A DNA stretch of 64,000 bases from an uncultured Clostridium sp. (GTDB lineage: Bacteria > Bacillota > Clostridia > Christensenellales > CAG-138): the NCBI GenBank assembly GCA_964392455.1, contig CAYMPG010000008.1:686-64685 (forward strand), in the 5' to 3' direction. The translations under genes and the position numbers were made by a program. Shown piece by piece: positions 31,524-42,673 of this stretch. Under the pieces are notes generated by a model. It saw nothing but the letters and a program-made list of their open reading frames with translations, had not been told where the DNA came from and did not search any database. The first letter of the stretch is position 1, and each line of letters begins with the position of its first letter.

Positions 31524-33308
31524 ATGATCTGCAAAAATTGCGGCGCAAACAATGACGACTTTCTCGAATACTGCGAGAAGTGCTCTGCGCCACTTCACAC
31601 GGAGGCTTCCTCTGCTGCCACTACAGGCAGGAGTTTTGTAAGCGCTCCCAAATGGGCCAAGCCCGAATTTAACGCCAATACCATATCCGAAAGCGATATT
31701 CCTTCGGATTATTTTAGCAGCTCCAAGGTTGAGGCCGCCCCGGCACAGCCCGTCGTTCAGCCTGTTGTTCAGCCCGCTCCCGCTCAGGAGAGCACCCGCC
31801 GCAGCGTTCAGGCAAGCATTAACGTATGCTCCAAGTGCGGCGCGCCCCTTATTGCCGGTCAGCGCTTCTGCAATAGCTGCGGCGCACGTCAGGACTCCGG
31901 CGCAGCCACTGCTGCTGCCTCCGCCTGGACAGGCTCCTACTCCGCCCCTGCATCCCAGGGCATAAAGTACGCAGAGCCCATAGATGACACCATGTTCTCC
32001 TATGACCGCACCGATGAGCTGAGTGACAATCGCTCCTACGGCAGCAAGGCCAGCAAGAGCAGCAAGGGCAAGGGCGCATCTGCCGCCAAGAGTTCTTCCT
32101 CCAAGGGAAAGACCTCTGGCCGCACCTCCTCCAAGCCCGCTCCCCGCAAAAAGCGCGGCGGCAGCCCCCTTAATACCAAGCTCATAGCCATGATACTGGG
32201 CGGCGTGGTAGTAGTTGGCCTGCTGGTATTCGGCATAGTCAAGCTGGTAAGCGGCGGCCTGTTCTCCGGCTCTGCCGTTACTGATACTGCCACCATCGAA
32301 AAGACAGTTTCTGCCGATGGCAGCACCGTATACAATATCACCACCTTCGCCAAGAAGGGCAGCACCGTGCGCTTTGAAGGCGGCTCAATAGAGCGTGAGG
32401 AGCCTGTGACCGGCAAGTCCGTCACATTTGCCATTCCCGAGCAGCTCTGGATACCCGGCGAGCCTGTAGACCCTGAGCTGCTGGCAGCAGACGGTACCCT
32501 GCCCGTATACCCTGACATCAGCGTCATCAACAAGAAGGGCGAGAGCGAGGATATCACCTTCGAGCAGCCCATCTATATCCCCATCCCCACCATTGACATG
32601 ACGGTCACTTCTCCCAATACCGAGAACTTCTCCGTTACCAGCCCCACTGTTCAGGTGGACGGCATAGTGGGCGATACCTCGGCTTCAGTATATGTGGGAG
32701 ATGCCGCCGTGCCTGTGGATGAGACCGGCGCCTTCACCTACACCTACAACCTTACCGAGCCTGACACCATCACCCTCAATGTTGAAGCACGCAAGAATGG
32801 CTATGCCATCGCCCGCAAGACCTTCACCATTGAATACACCACCACCGCCACAGGCGGCGCAACCACCGGCGCAGGCAGCGCAGGCGCTCCCGCAAACGCC
32901 GGAGATGCCAAGTCCATCTACTATGCCACCGATGACGGAGTAAACGTGCGCGATGTTGCAGGTACCGCCGGCAATAAGATTGGCACCCTTGCCCTGTGCG
33001 AGAAGGTATACGTTATCAGCGCCGACAGCAATGACTGGTACAAGATCGCCTACAATGGCGGCGAAGCCTATGTTTCCGGCGCATACATCAGAAAAGTCAG
33101 CGACATCAGCGCCTACTCCACCGCCCCTGCAACCATCAAGGGCGATGATATCAACATCCGCTCCGCCGCATCCTCCGATGCAGAGCGGGTAGAGGTGCTT
33201 GCCAATGGCACTGCCGTAAGCTTTGTCAAGGATGCAGGTAACGGCTGGAGCATGATAGAGTACAACAACAAGATACTCTTTGTATCCACCCAGTATCTGC
33301 AAAAGTAA
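31524..33308 (+). CDS. Membrane protein with zinc ribbons, Ig-like region and two C-terminal SH3b domains
   Basis: CKNCG..CEKC and CSKCG..CNSCG ribbons, a TM helix, and VNVR..AG / INIRSAAS...GWS SH3b motifs; AGGAGG RBS. Confidence 0.85.
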   Translation: MICKNCGANNDDFLEYCEKCSAPLHTEASSAATTGRSFVSAPKWAKPEFNANTISESDIPSDYFSSSKVEAAPAQPVVQPVVQPAPAQESTRRSVQASINVCSKCGAPLIAGQRFCNSCGARQDSGAATAAASAWTGSYSAPASQGIKYAEPIDDTMFSYDRTDELSDNRSYGSKASKSSKGKGASAAKSSSSKGKTSGRTSSKPAPRKKRGGSPLNTKLIAMILGGVVVVGLLVFGIVKLVSGGLFSGSAVTDTATIEKTVSADGSTVYNITTFAKKGSTVRFEGGSIEREEPVTGKSVTFAIPEQLWIPGEPVDPELLAADGTLPVYPDISVINKKGESEDITFEQPIYIPIPTIDMTVTSPNTENFSVTSPTVQVDGIVGDTSASVYVGDAAVPVDETGAFTYTYNLTEPDTITLNVEARKNGYAIARKTFTIEYTTTATGGATTGAGSAGAPANAGDAKSIYYATDDGVNVRDVAGTAGNKIGTLALCEKVYVISADSNDWYKIAYNGGEAYVSGAYIRKVSDISAYSTAPATIKGDDINIRSAASSDAERVEVLANGTAVSFVKDAGNGWSMIEYNNKILFVSTQYLQK

Positions 33309-33329
33309 TACGCCTTTAAGTACCTTACG

Positions 33330-33367
33330 GGGCGGCGGCCAGCATTACCGCCGCCTCTGATTTTTTG
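33330..33367 (+). terminator. Intrinsic terminator
   Basis: ggcggcgg...ccgccgcc hairpin followed by a T tract. Confidence 0.65.
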
Positions 33368-33390
33368 CTTTAAAACCGAGGAGATTTTCC

Positions 33391-33663
33391 ATGAAGCTTT
33401 GGGGTATTATCCGCAAAAACGATAAAATACAGCGCCAGCACACCATAGAATACGAAGGTCTTACAAGGGACGCCGCAGCCGACTGGGAGGAGCTCATCAG
33501 CCCCCTTTGCAGAGAGCTTGACCTTTCCCGCCCGCTGATATTAAAAAAGCATCTGAGGGAAATACAGGATTTCTCCAGGGCGGTATTTCTCCCCACTGAT
33601 TTTATGGAGCCGGTGGACTTTGACAAGTTTGAGATAGAAATATTCTATCCTAAAAAAAAGTAA
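33391..33663 (+). CDS. Conserved hypothetical protein
   Basis: GAGGAG RBS; 90 aa with the pattern CRELDLSRP...F.PTDFMEPVDFD.FEIE that I recall from clostridial hypotheticals. Confidence 0.75.
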   Translation: MKLWGIIRKNDKIQRQHTIEYEGLTRDAAADWEELISPLCRELDLSRPLILKKHLREIQDFSRAVFLPTDFMEPVDFDKFEIEIFYPKKK

Positions 33664-33733
33664 GTATTTTCCTTGTATCCTTTTGCTCTGTATATGCCAT
33701 CATAAGCCCATCAAAGCAAAAGGAGCTTGTACA

Positions 33734-33940
33734 ATGGATACCCTTGCATTAATTCTTGTAATAATTGGCGCCCTGAATTGGGGCCTGATTGGCCTTTTCC
33801 AGTTTGACCTGGTAGCAAGCCTTTTCGGCGGAATGAGCGCCACCTTTGCCCGCATAGTATACACGCTGGTTGGCCTTGCAGGCGTATGGGGCATAACGCT
33901 GCTGTTCAGGCGGGATGGCGTTAAGCATGATAATGAATGA
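33734..33940 (+). CDS. DUF378 family small membrane protein
   Basis: LVIIGALNWGLIGLF.FDLVA.LFG and IVYTLVGLAG motifs. Confidence 0.9.
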   Translation: MDTLALILVIIGALNWGLIGLFQFDLVASLFGGMSATFARIVYTLVGLAGVWGITLLFRRDGVKHDNE

Positions 33941-33949
33941 TATTCACTG

Positions 33950-33985
33950 AAATGGCCGCAGATGCATAAGCATCTGCGGCCATTT
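33950..33985. terminator. Bidirectional terminator between convergent genes
   Basis: Perfect 16-bp inverted repeat aaatggccgcagatgc-ataa-gcatctgcggccattt. Confidence 0.8.
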
Positions 33986-34003
33986 ATTTTACCATTTGCA
34001 GGG

Positions 34004-35206
34004 TTATTTATTCAGCTGCTTCAGCGCCGCCCGAAGCTGAGCATCATTGCTGCTGTCGGGGTCAGTGCTTATCTGGTATCCGGCAGAAACCTCTGCCCAT
34101 ACATCAGGCTCTATTCCCACGCCGTGGATATTGCTGCCATTCGGGGTATAGTACCCATGGGTAGTGAGCTTCAGCCAGCCGCCCGTTGCCTCCACAGGCA
34201 TGGTGGTCTGCACTATGCCCTTGCCAAATGTGGTGGTGCCCACCACTACTCCAATGCCGTTTTGCTGTATGGCGGCGGCAAGTATTTCGCTGGCAGAGGC
34301 GGAATTTCCGTTTACCAGCACTGCAACAGGTAGGCCTATCGGCTCTCCATCAGCCTCGTATACTTCATCCTCTGCCTCACCCCCGCCCACGCTTACTATA
34401 CGCATTCCCCTGCCAAGGAGCTCGTTTGCAATGCTCAGCACCATATCCAGCGAGCCGCCCGGATTATCCCTCAGGTCTATCACAAGGGATTGGCAGCCCA
34501 TTGCCTTAAGCTCACTCAGCGCTGCGCTGAATTCCTCATCACCGCGGCCGCTGAACATGCTGATGGATATGTATCCGGTATTCTGCTCCAGCATGGCATA
34601 CTCCACATGCTGCACGCTCACGCTGTCCCCGGAAACCGTCACCTCAAGCTCATCATTGCCACGAATGAGCCTTAGCACCATGCCATTTTCGCTTTGTGAG
34701 GCTATGAGAGCGCTCAGCTCCTCAAGTGGCATATTTGCCACAGGCTGGCCGGATACCCAGGCTATCACATCCCCTTCTGCCACACCCGCAGCCTGAGCGG
34801 GCCCACCCTCATATACCTTCAGCACCGCTGCACCCCTGTCATCCGGCTGACCCACCAGAAGGCCTATTCCATAGTATTCGCCATTTACCGAGGAAAGGTA
34901 TTCCTCATACTCCTCGGCTGTATAATACCTTGCATACTGGTCATCAAGCAGGCTCACCATGCCTGACGCTGCACCTGCTATGAGCTCATCGGTAGAGGGG
35001 GCCTCTCCGTAAAACTCATCCTCTATCATGCCCGCCACCTGGCCCAGCGCCATAAACTGGCGATATTTGGCGTATTCCCTTGCGGACATTATGACTGAGT
35101 CCCCCGCCCCGCCTCCCATTAGCGCCATAGTTGCAGCAGAGGAAAGCAGCGCAGTTATAATAAGAGCTGCAATTATATATAATACCTGTTTTTTTCCGGC
35201 TTGCAT
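34004..35206 (-). CDS. S41 family C-terminal processing peptidase with PDZ domain
   Basis: YYGIG PDZ motif, then DLRDNPGG, SASASE and FGKGIVQ motifs. Confidence 0.92.
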   Translation of the reverse strand: MQAGKKQVLYIIAALIITALLSSAATMALMGGGAGDSVIMSAREYAKYRQFMALGQVAGMIEDEFYGEAPSTDELIAGAASGMVSLLDDQYARYYTAEEYEEYLSSVNGEYYGIGLLVGQPDDRGAAVLKVYEGGPAQAAGVAEGDVIAWVSGQPVANMPLEELSALIASQSENGMVLRLIRGNDELEVTVSGDSVSVQHVEYAMLEQNTGYISISMFSGRGDEEFSAALSELKAMGCQSLVIDLRDNPGGSLDMVLSIANELLGRGMRIVSVGGGEAEDEVYEADGEPIGLPVAVLVNGNSASASEILAAAIQQNGIGVVVGTTTFGKGIVQTTMPVEATGGWLKLTTHGYYTPNGSNIHGVGIEPDVWAEVSAGYQISTDPDSSNDAQLRAALKQLNK

Positions 35207-35368
35207 GTATTGATACCTCCCATCGGAGCTTTATCCGGGCATAATAAATCTATGTCCGTTTTTTGCTGATATATCCTCCTGTTAGTCCTTTTTATCATTT
35301 ATCTATTGATAAAATACAAAAAGCGGGGGCAGTTTTAAACCATACCCCCGCTTATTATTTATGCTCTG

Positions 35369-35773
35369 TTATTCCACATACTGGCTGAGATACCCAGGCA
35401 TCTCGCTGCCGCTTATGGCTATCACTATTTTCACGCCCACATCGTTTGAAAGTTCATCCAGCCTTACCAGCATCCCCTTAAGCTCATCTTCCGAACAGCT
35501 TACCATCTTGCAGAAGCCATCCACAAATACAAGCTCAAGGTCAAAATCCTGAGCGGCAATGCCTGCTATAAACCCTACAAACATATCCGGGCTGTCTATC
35601 CTGTAATGCCCCGCATCAATAAAGCGAATGGCGTGCTTCAGCTCGAAGAGATACTGCCCCTCTGCGTCTATGAATACTACGCTGCCTTTGGTCTGCTCAA
35701 GTGAGTCATTGGCCATCTGTATTATGCGCTTTGAGTTTCCGGCTCCCTTTTCGCCGAAGATAACACGAACCAA
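35369..35773 (-). CDS. Small P-loop-like conserved clostridial protein
   Basis: G.KG.G.SK-like start and FVGFIAGIAAQDFDLE.VFVD motif; TTG start with an AGGAC RBS. Confidence 0.75.
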   Translation of the reverse strand: MVRVIFGEKGAGNSKRIIQMANDSLEQTKGSVVFIDAEGQYLFELKHAIRFIDAGHYRIDSPDMFVGFIAGIAAQDFDLELVFVDGFCKMVSCSEDELKGMLVRLDELSNDVGVKIVIAISGSEMPGYLSQYVE

Positions 35774-35910
35774 TTTAAGTGTCCTCCCTATGCTTTATTG
35801 CAGACAGGGCATCGCCCCATCCGCTATGTACATTATAACCGTAAAAGCGCCGGGGAATCAACTAACCCCGGCGCATTTTTGCAAAACATTTCATTTTGCG
35901 GCGTTTTTCT

Positions 35911-37080
35911 TTATGCCTGCCTGAGCTTATCTGCCATATCAGTGCGCTCCCAGGGCAGCTCCACATCCGTTCTGCCGAAATGACCATAGGCGGCAGTATT
36001 GGAGTAAATGGGCCGCCTCAGGCCAAGGCGCTCTATAATTGCTTCGGGACGGAGATCCAGGCAGCTTACTATTCTGTCTGCTATCTCGCCATCGGGTATT
36101 ATACCGGTACCCTTTGTATCTACCATTACGGATACGGGATGAGCCACGCCTATTGCATAGGCAAGCTGAATCTCGCAGGAGGTTGCAAGGCCGGCCGCTA
36201 CAACATTCTTAGCGGCATAGCGGGCAGCGTATGCAGCGCTGCGGTCAACCTTTGTGGGATCCTTGCCGGAGAAGGCACCGCCGCCATGGCGGGCATATCC
36301 GCCATAGGTATCCACGATTATCTTGCGCCCGGTAAGGCCGCTGTCACCATGGGGGCCGCCTATTACGAAGCGACCGGTGGGGTTTACGAATATGCGGATA
36401 TTCTCATCCAGATACTTTTCAGGTATGGTGGGCAGTATAACCTTATCGATTATATCCTTGCGAATCTGCTCCAGGGATACATCAGGGTCATGCTGGGCGG
36501 AGATTACCACGGTATCCACACGCACAGGCTTGTCCTCATCGTATTCCACGGTTACCTGGCTCTTGCCATCCGGACGGAGGTAAGGTATAAGGCCGCTCCT
36601 GCGTACCTCGGTGAGCTTGCGGGTAAGGCTATGGGCCAGGGACAGCGGCAGGGGCATAAGCTCCTCAGTCTCATTGCAGGCAAAGCCAAACATCATGCCC
36701 TGATCGCCTGCGCCTGTGGCAAAGCGGGATTCCTCCCCCTCCTTTGCCTCGATGGACTTATCCACGCCCATGGCAATATCGGGAGACTGCATACCTATGG
36801 CAGTGATGACGGTAACGCTGTGGCAGTCAAAGCCATATTCAGGCTTATCGTAGCCAATGCGGGCAATGGTCTTTTTTGCAATGTCAGCCACGTCTATATG
36901 GGCGGTGGTGCTTATTTCGCCCATTACCATAAGGGTGCCGGTGGTGGCGGCGCACTCGCAGGCAACACGGCCTGCCGGGTCCTGAGCCAGAATGGCATCA
37001 AGAACGGCATCGGATATGCAATCGCACAGCTTATCAGGATGCCCCTCAGTGACGGACTCTGATGTAAACAGTTTTTTCAT
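35911..37080 (-). CDS. metK: S-adenosylmethionine synthetase
   Basis: [19 protein letters not shown] and GGGAFSGKD motifs. Confidence 0.97.
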   Translation of the reverse strand: MKKLFTSESVTEGHPDKLCDCISDAVLDAILAQDPAGRVACECAATTGTLMVMGEISTTAHIDVADIAKKTIARIGYDKPEYGFDCHSVTVITAIGMQSPDIAMGVDKSIEAKEGEESRFATGAGDQGMMFGFACNETEELMPLPLSLAHSLTRKLTEVRRSGLIPYLRPDGKSQVTVEYDEDKPVRVDTVVISAQHDPDVSLEQIRKDIIDKVILPTIPEKYLDENIRIFVNPTGRFVIGGPHGDSGLTGRKIIVDTYGGYARHGGGAFSGKDPTKVDRSAAYAARYAAKNVVAAGLATSCEIQLAYAIGVAHPVSVMVDTKGTGIIPDGEIADRIVSCLDLRPEAIIERLGLRRPIYSNTAAYGHFGRTDVELPWERTDMADKLRQA

Positions 37081-37106
37081 GGATACAGCTTCCTCCAAAA
37101 TATAGT

Positions 37107-37246
37107 AAAACCTCATGCACAGATGAGGTCAGCTTGCTACATCGCTCATCTTTCAGCGCATATGCGCTGCCGGAATTGACACCTTACCCCGCAGGGCAGG
37201 TTGTCGGGTTTCACAGGGCCGGTCCCTCAACCACTCTTGATAAGGC
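37107..37246 (-). promoter_or_regulatory. SAM-I (S-box) riboswitch with terminator
   Basis: Minus strand CUUAUCAAGAGUGGUUGAGGGACCGGCCCUGUGAAACCCGACAACC...GGUGUCAAUUCC...GAAAGAUGAG, then the hairpin ACCUCAU-CUGUGC-AUGAGGU-UUU before metK. Confidence 0.96.
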
Positions 37247-37347
37247 ATATTAGGTTTTCGACTGTGTATTTTATCATGAAAATATCATTGCGTCAATAGT
37301 CTTCTTAAGTTATAATAATTCGATAGAAATTTTGAGTGAGGTATTTA

Positions 37348-38100
37348 ATGAAAAGAGTGCTTGGCTGCATACGCCGTGCTGATGAGCGTTACAATATGAT
37401 TCGCCCCGGGGACAAAATATGCGTGGGGGTATCCGGCGGCAAGGACAGCCTGCTGCTGATGTACGGGCTGAAGCTATATCAGATGTTTTCCAAAACGCCC
37501 TATGAGCTTATGGCGGTGCTGCTGGATCTTGGCATTTCAGATCAGGATTATACCCCTGTGGCACAGTATGCAGAATCCATAGGCGTACCCTTTGAAATAC
37601 TTAAAACCGACATAGGCGATGTGGTATTCAATATACGCAAGGAGTCAAATCCCTGCGCCCTGTGCGCCAAGTTCCGCAGGGGTGCCCTTAACGACTACGC
37701 ACATCAGCATGGCTGCAACCTTGTGGCCCTGGGACACAACCGGGATGACGTCATTGAAACCTTCTTCCTCAGCCTGCTGTATGAAAGCCGCCTTAATACC
37801 TTTGGCCCCGTAACCTACCTTGACCGCCAGGAGGTCACCATTATACGCCCTCTGGTATTTCTGCCGGAAAAATACGCCCTGTCCGTTGCCAAGAAGCTGG
37901 AGCTGCCCATCTGCAAGCCCAATTGCCCCGTTGCCGGATACACCAAGCGGGAGGAAATGAAGCATATAATCAAATACCTTACCTCCATAGTGCCGGATCC
38001 CGAGACCCGCATAATGAACGCCATTGCAGACACCCATAAATACGGCATGTGGGACAGGCTCAGGCTCCCGCCCCGTGACCTAGAGGGCAGGGATGAATAG
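37348..38100 (+). CDS. ttcA: TtcA-family tRNA 2-thiocytidine biosynthesis protein (PP-loop)
   Basis: GVSGGKDS, NPCALC..FRRGAL, LGHNRDD, IIRPL and NCP motifs. Confidence 0.85.
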   Translation: MKRVLGCIRRADERYNMIRPGDKICVGVSGGKDSLLLMYGLKLYQMFSKTPYELMAVLLDLGISDQDYTPVAQYAESIGVPFEILKTDIGDVVFNIRKESNPCALCAKFRRGALNDYAHQHGCNLVALGHNRDDVIETFFLSLLYESRLNTFGPVTYLDRQEVTIIRPLVFLPEKYALSVAKKLELPICKPNCPVAGYTKREEMKHIIKYLTSIVPDPETRIMNAIADTHKYGMWDRLRLPPRDLEGRDE

Positions 38101-38353
38101 GCCGCTGCTTATAATGCTCATAATGTCCGCAATAACCTTCGCGGCAATGGGCATAGATAAGGCTGCCGCAAAGGCCGGGGCCAGGAGGATACCCGAAAAG
38201 ACGCTATTCTGCCTGGGTCTGCTTGGAGGAGCGCTGGGCGGAATACTTGGTATGGAGCTTTTTCGCCACAAAACAAAGCACGCCTCCTTTAAAATAGGCA
38301 TGCCGCTGCTGCTGATAGTAAATGTTGCTGCCTACATCTTGCTGGCAAGGTAG
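38093..38353 (+). CDS. DUF1294 family membrane protein
   Basis: GIDK..A....RRIPEKTL, GG..G.ILGM..FRHKTKH..F motifs. Confidence 0.9.
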   Translation: MNRPLLIMLIMSAITFAAMGIDKAAAKAGARRIPEKTLFCLGLLGGALGGILGMELFRHKTKHASFKIGMPLLLIVNVAAYILLAR

Positions 38354-38372
38354 CCGAGCAGCTTACCATTTT

Positions 38373-38888
38373 TTATTTTGACACTTCTCCAAAGCGCCGG
38401 TTGTAGGCTGTTATCCAGTCCGCCGCCGCTTTTATTTCTTTTGGCTCTATAAAGCTGCCGCCATTTTCAATCAGCCCTATCACATCCTCCTCCCCATCGC
38501 CCTCCTTCAGTGCCCTGAGAGCAATACCTATAAGAAGCCTGTGAACCACGCTCAGCTTATCCATATCAAAGCTGCCCCGTGCATAGAATACCTTTATGCG
38601 CGGATTCCGTATGCCGGTTTTTTCCTTTATCTGCCGCTCTGTATCATCAGTTCTTTTATTCATGCCAACACCACAGGCACCGGCGATGCTGAAGCGCAGG
38701 GCAGCTCTGTCATATCCTCTTATGCGGCCATTCATTACCCAGCCCATGTAAAATACCCTTTCATTCAGCTTCAGCCGGCCCGCCGCCTCCTTAAATGAAA
38801 AAGCAGGCAGCCCCACAGCATCAGAGAGCAGCTCTGAATAGCGCTGGGTACTGCCTGTATTTGTAAGGTATACTATGGCCTTTATCAT
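38373..38888 (-). CDS. Flavodoxin-like hypothetical protein
   Basis: N-terminal AIVY.TNTGST.RY..LL flavodoxin-like loop. Confidence 0.7.
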   Translation of the reverse strand: MIKAIVYLTNTGSTQRYSELLSDAVGLPAFSFKEAAGRLKLNERVFYMGWVMNGRIRGYDRAALRFSIAGACGVGMNKRTDDTERQIKEKTGIRNPRIKVFYARGSFDMDKLSVVHRLLIGIALRALKEGDGEEDVIGLIENGGSFIEPKEIKAAADWITAYNRRFGEVSK

Positions 38889-38937
38889 TATCCTTCTTTC
38901 GATGGAGCCGCCCCCATCGGTTCCAGATATATATTAA

Positions 38938-39447
38938 TTATGCCTGTATGTTTGCTCCATTCGGAGCTGTTTTTTGGTATTCCCTGAACTGAAAGCGAAG
39001 CCCCTCATGCTCCTTCCACTGGGAGACCGATACCATGGCCCAATCCGGCATATCCTCTATTCTGGGGAAAAACCTGTCTGCCTCCCCCGCAGCATCCACC
39101 ATTGTCACATAGGCCCTGCTGCAATATGGCAGAAGCTCTGCGTATATGGCCTGCCCGCCTATCACAAATGCATCCTCATCCCCATTTACCATGCTCATCA
39201 GCTCCTCCACAGAGGCTGCCCTTTCCACACCCTCAACGCTGAAGGCACTGTCACGGCTGAGAACGATATTGCGCCTGCCCTTAAGGGGCCTGCCGCCCGG
39301 AAGTGACTCCAGAGTCTTTCGGCCCATTATTACGGTCTTTCCGCCTGTCATGCTGCGGAAAAAGGCCATATCCTCAGGTATGCTGAAAAGCAGCCCGCCA
39401 TTTCTGCCTATTCCGTAGTTTTTGTCCACTGCGACTATGATATTCAT
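38938..39447 (-). CDS. folA: Dihydrofolate reductase
   Basis: IVAVDKNYGIG, VIMGRKT, RPLKGRRNIVLS and VIGG motifs; follows thyA. Confidence 0.95.
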   Translation of the reverse strand: MNIIVAVDKNYGIGRNGGLLFSIPEDMAFFRSMTGGKTVIMGRKTLESLPGGRPLKGRRNIVLSRDSAFSVEGVERAASVEELMSMVNGDEDAFVIGGQAIYAELLPYCSRAYVTMVDAAGEADRFFPRIEDMPDWAMVSVSQWKEHEGLRFQFREYQKTAPNGANIQA

Positions 39448-39460
39448 ATTTATCCCGCCC

Positions 39461-40291
39461 TTATATTGCCACCGGTATCTTGCCAATGGAACCATGGGAC
39501 TGATAGTTTTCCAGAGCAAAGCTATCCACGGTGAAGCTGTAAAAGTCGTCTATAGTCTCATCCATTATGAACCCTGGCGCATCCATCGGCTCGCGGCTTA
39601 GCATCTCCTCCACCAGAGGAATATGCCTGTCGTAAATATGAGCATCCGCTATTACATGGAGCAGTGTGCCTGCCTTAAGGCCGCTTACCTGCGCCATCAT
39701 ATGCACCAGCACCGCATACTGGCAAACATTCCAGTTGTTTGCCACCAGCATATCCTGTGAGCGCTGATTAAGTATGGCATTGAGCCTGTTGCCGGATACA
39801 TTGAAGGTCATGCTGTAGGCACAGGGATAAAGATGCATGTCCATAAGATCTGCATGGTTGTAAATGTTGCTCATTATGCGCCGGGAGGCAGGATTGTGCT
39901 TCAGGTCGTACAGTATCCTGTCCACCTGATCCATCTCACCCTCCTTATATCTGTGCTTCACGCCAAGCTGATAGCCATAGGCCTTGCCTATGCTGCCTCT
40001 TTCATCTGCCCATGAATCCCAGATGTGGCTGTTCAGGTCGTTTACGTTATTTGATTTTTTCTGCCATATCCACAGCAGCTCGTCCACGGCATTTTTAAAG
40101 CCGGTCTTTCTGAGGGTCATTATTGGAAATTCCTCGGAAAGATCGTACCTGTTGGTAAGGCCAAAGAGCTTTACGGTATGGGCGGGAGTTCCATCCTCCC
40201 AGTGCGGGCGCACAGCCATATCAGTATCCCACACGCCCTCGGATATTATCCTTTTGCAGTTATCAATAAAAATAAGATCGGCTTTGCTCAT
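39461..40291 (-). CDS. thyA: Thymidylate synthase
   Basis: ELLWIWQ, YGYQ, SRRIM, LYPCAY, QRSQD and HIYDRH motifs. Confidence 0.95.
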   Translation of the reverse strand: MSKADLIFIDNCKRIISEGVWDTDMAVRPHWEDGTPAHTVKLFGLTNRYDLSEEFPIMTLRKTGFKNAVDELLWIWQKKSNNVNDLNSHIWDSWADERGSIGKAYGYQLGVKHRYKEGEMDQVDRILYDLKHNPASRRIMSNIYNHADLMDMHLYPCAYSMTFNVSGNRLNAILNQRSQDMLVANNWNVCQYAVLVHMMAQVSGLKAGTLLHVIADAHIYDRHIPLVEEMLSREPMDAPGFIMDETIDDFYSFTVDSFALENYQSHGSIGKIPVAI

Positions 40292-40459
40292 TGGCTTTTC
40301 CCCTTTTTGCAGCAATAATAAGATTATTTTATTGTATCATAAATTTTTCCCTCTGCAATAGTAATGCAAATAAGGCATGATAAGCGTATACATAGAGCGC
40401 AGTCTGTGCGGCCATCGCTGTACAAGTACCATTTACGGTATTGGGTGCAGCAGGGGCAG

Positions 40460-40513
40460 TTGAAAAGCGCCCGGTTTCACTGTAAAATCCCAGTCGTGCA
40501 GAACGAATGTTCG
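40460..40513 (+). promoter_or_regulatory. Sigma-A promoter with a downstream LexA (SOS/Cheo) box
   Basis: TTGAAA(40460-65)-17bp-TAAAAT(40483-88), then AGAAC-GAAT-GTTCG at 40500-40513, one mismatch from the Firmicute consensus CGAAC-RNRY-GTTCG. Confidence 0.7.
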
Positions 40514-40568
40514 CACATGGTTCGCTCCCCATGTGCGGCAAAAACATTATTTACTCAGGAGGAAAACT

Positions 40569-42226
<1,658 letters not shown>

Positions 42227-42227
<1 letters not shown>

Positions 42228-42613
42228 TGACTTTGAGAAGACGTGCCCTCATGGCAAGTGTCCTGTCCAGCGCCACAGTTCTTCCGTATGACGTGGCAGT
42301 GGTGGGCAGCCTCATTCTGCACCAGGCAGCCAACGAGACCCTCTCTACCACGTGGCGCATAGACGCTGCCTTTGGGGTGGATACTGCAAGCTCCGTATTT
42401 ACCCTTAATAATCCGGGCACATGCCTGCTGAATTATTCAAAAACAGATACCTTTCAAAAATTCTTTCTGCAGAATTACTGCATACTCAATGGGTCAAACT
42501 GGAAAACCATGTATTACTTTCCTGCGGGCTGTACCGTAGAACACAAATACAACGAGACCTCAGGCCTCTACACTGTGACCGCCAAGGGCAGAATACAGGT
42601 CTATACCCTGTAG
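42227..42613 (+). CDS. Hypothetical partner protein (MTLRRRALMA start), possible fibre tip or receptor-binding subunit
   Basis: TAATG stop/start overlap with the fibre gene and a terminator just downstream. Confidence 0.7.
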
Positions 42614-42627
42614 CCCGCAAAATGATG

Positions 42628-42654
42628 AAAAGGGCCGGAAGTATTCCGGCCCTT
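42628..42654. terminator. Bidirectional terminator between the fibre cassette and the pseudouridine synthase gene
   Basis: aagggccggaa-gta-ttccggccctt hairpin. Confidence 0.75.
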
Positions 42655-42673
42655 ATGCTTTCATTTATACAGC

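Noticed and set aside
40512-40548. PreQ1-I-like look (CAUGG-UUCG..CC-CCAUG…AAAAAC)
   Set aside because: The loop is only 8 nt, the A-rich tail is non-canonical, and no queuosine gene is downstream.
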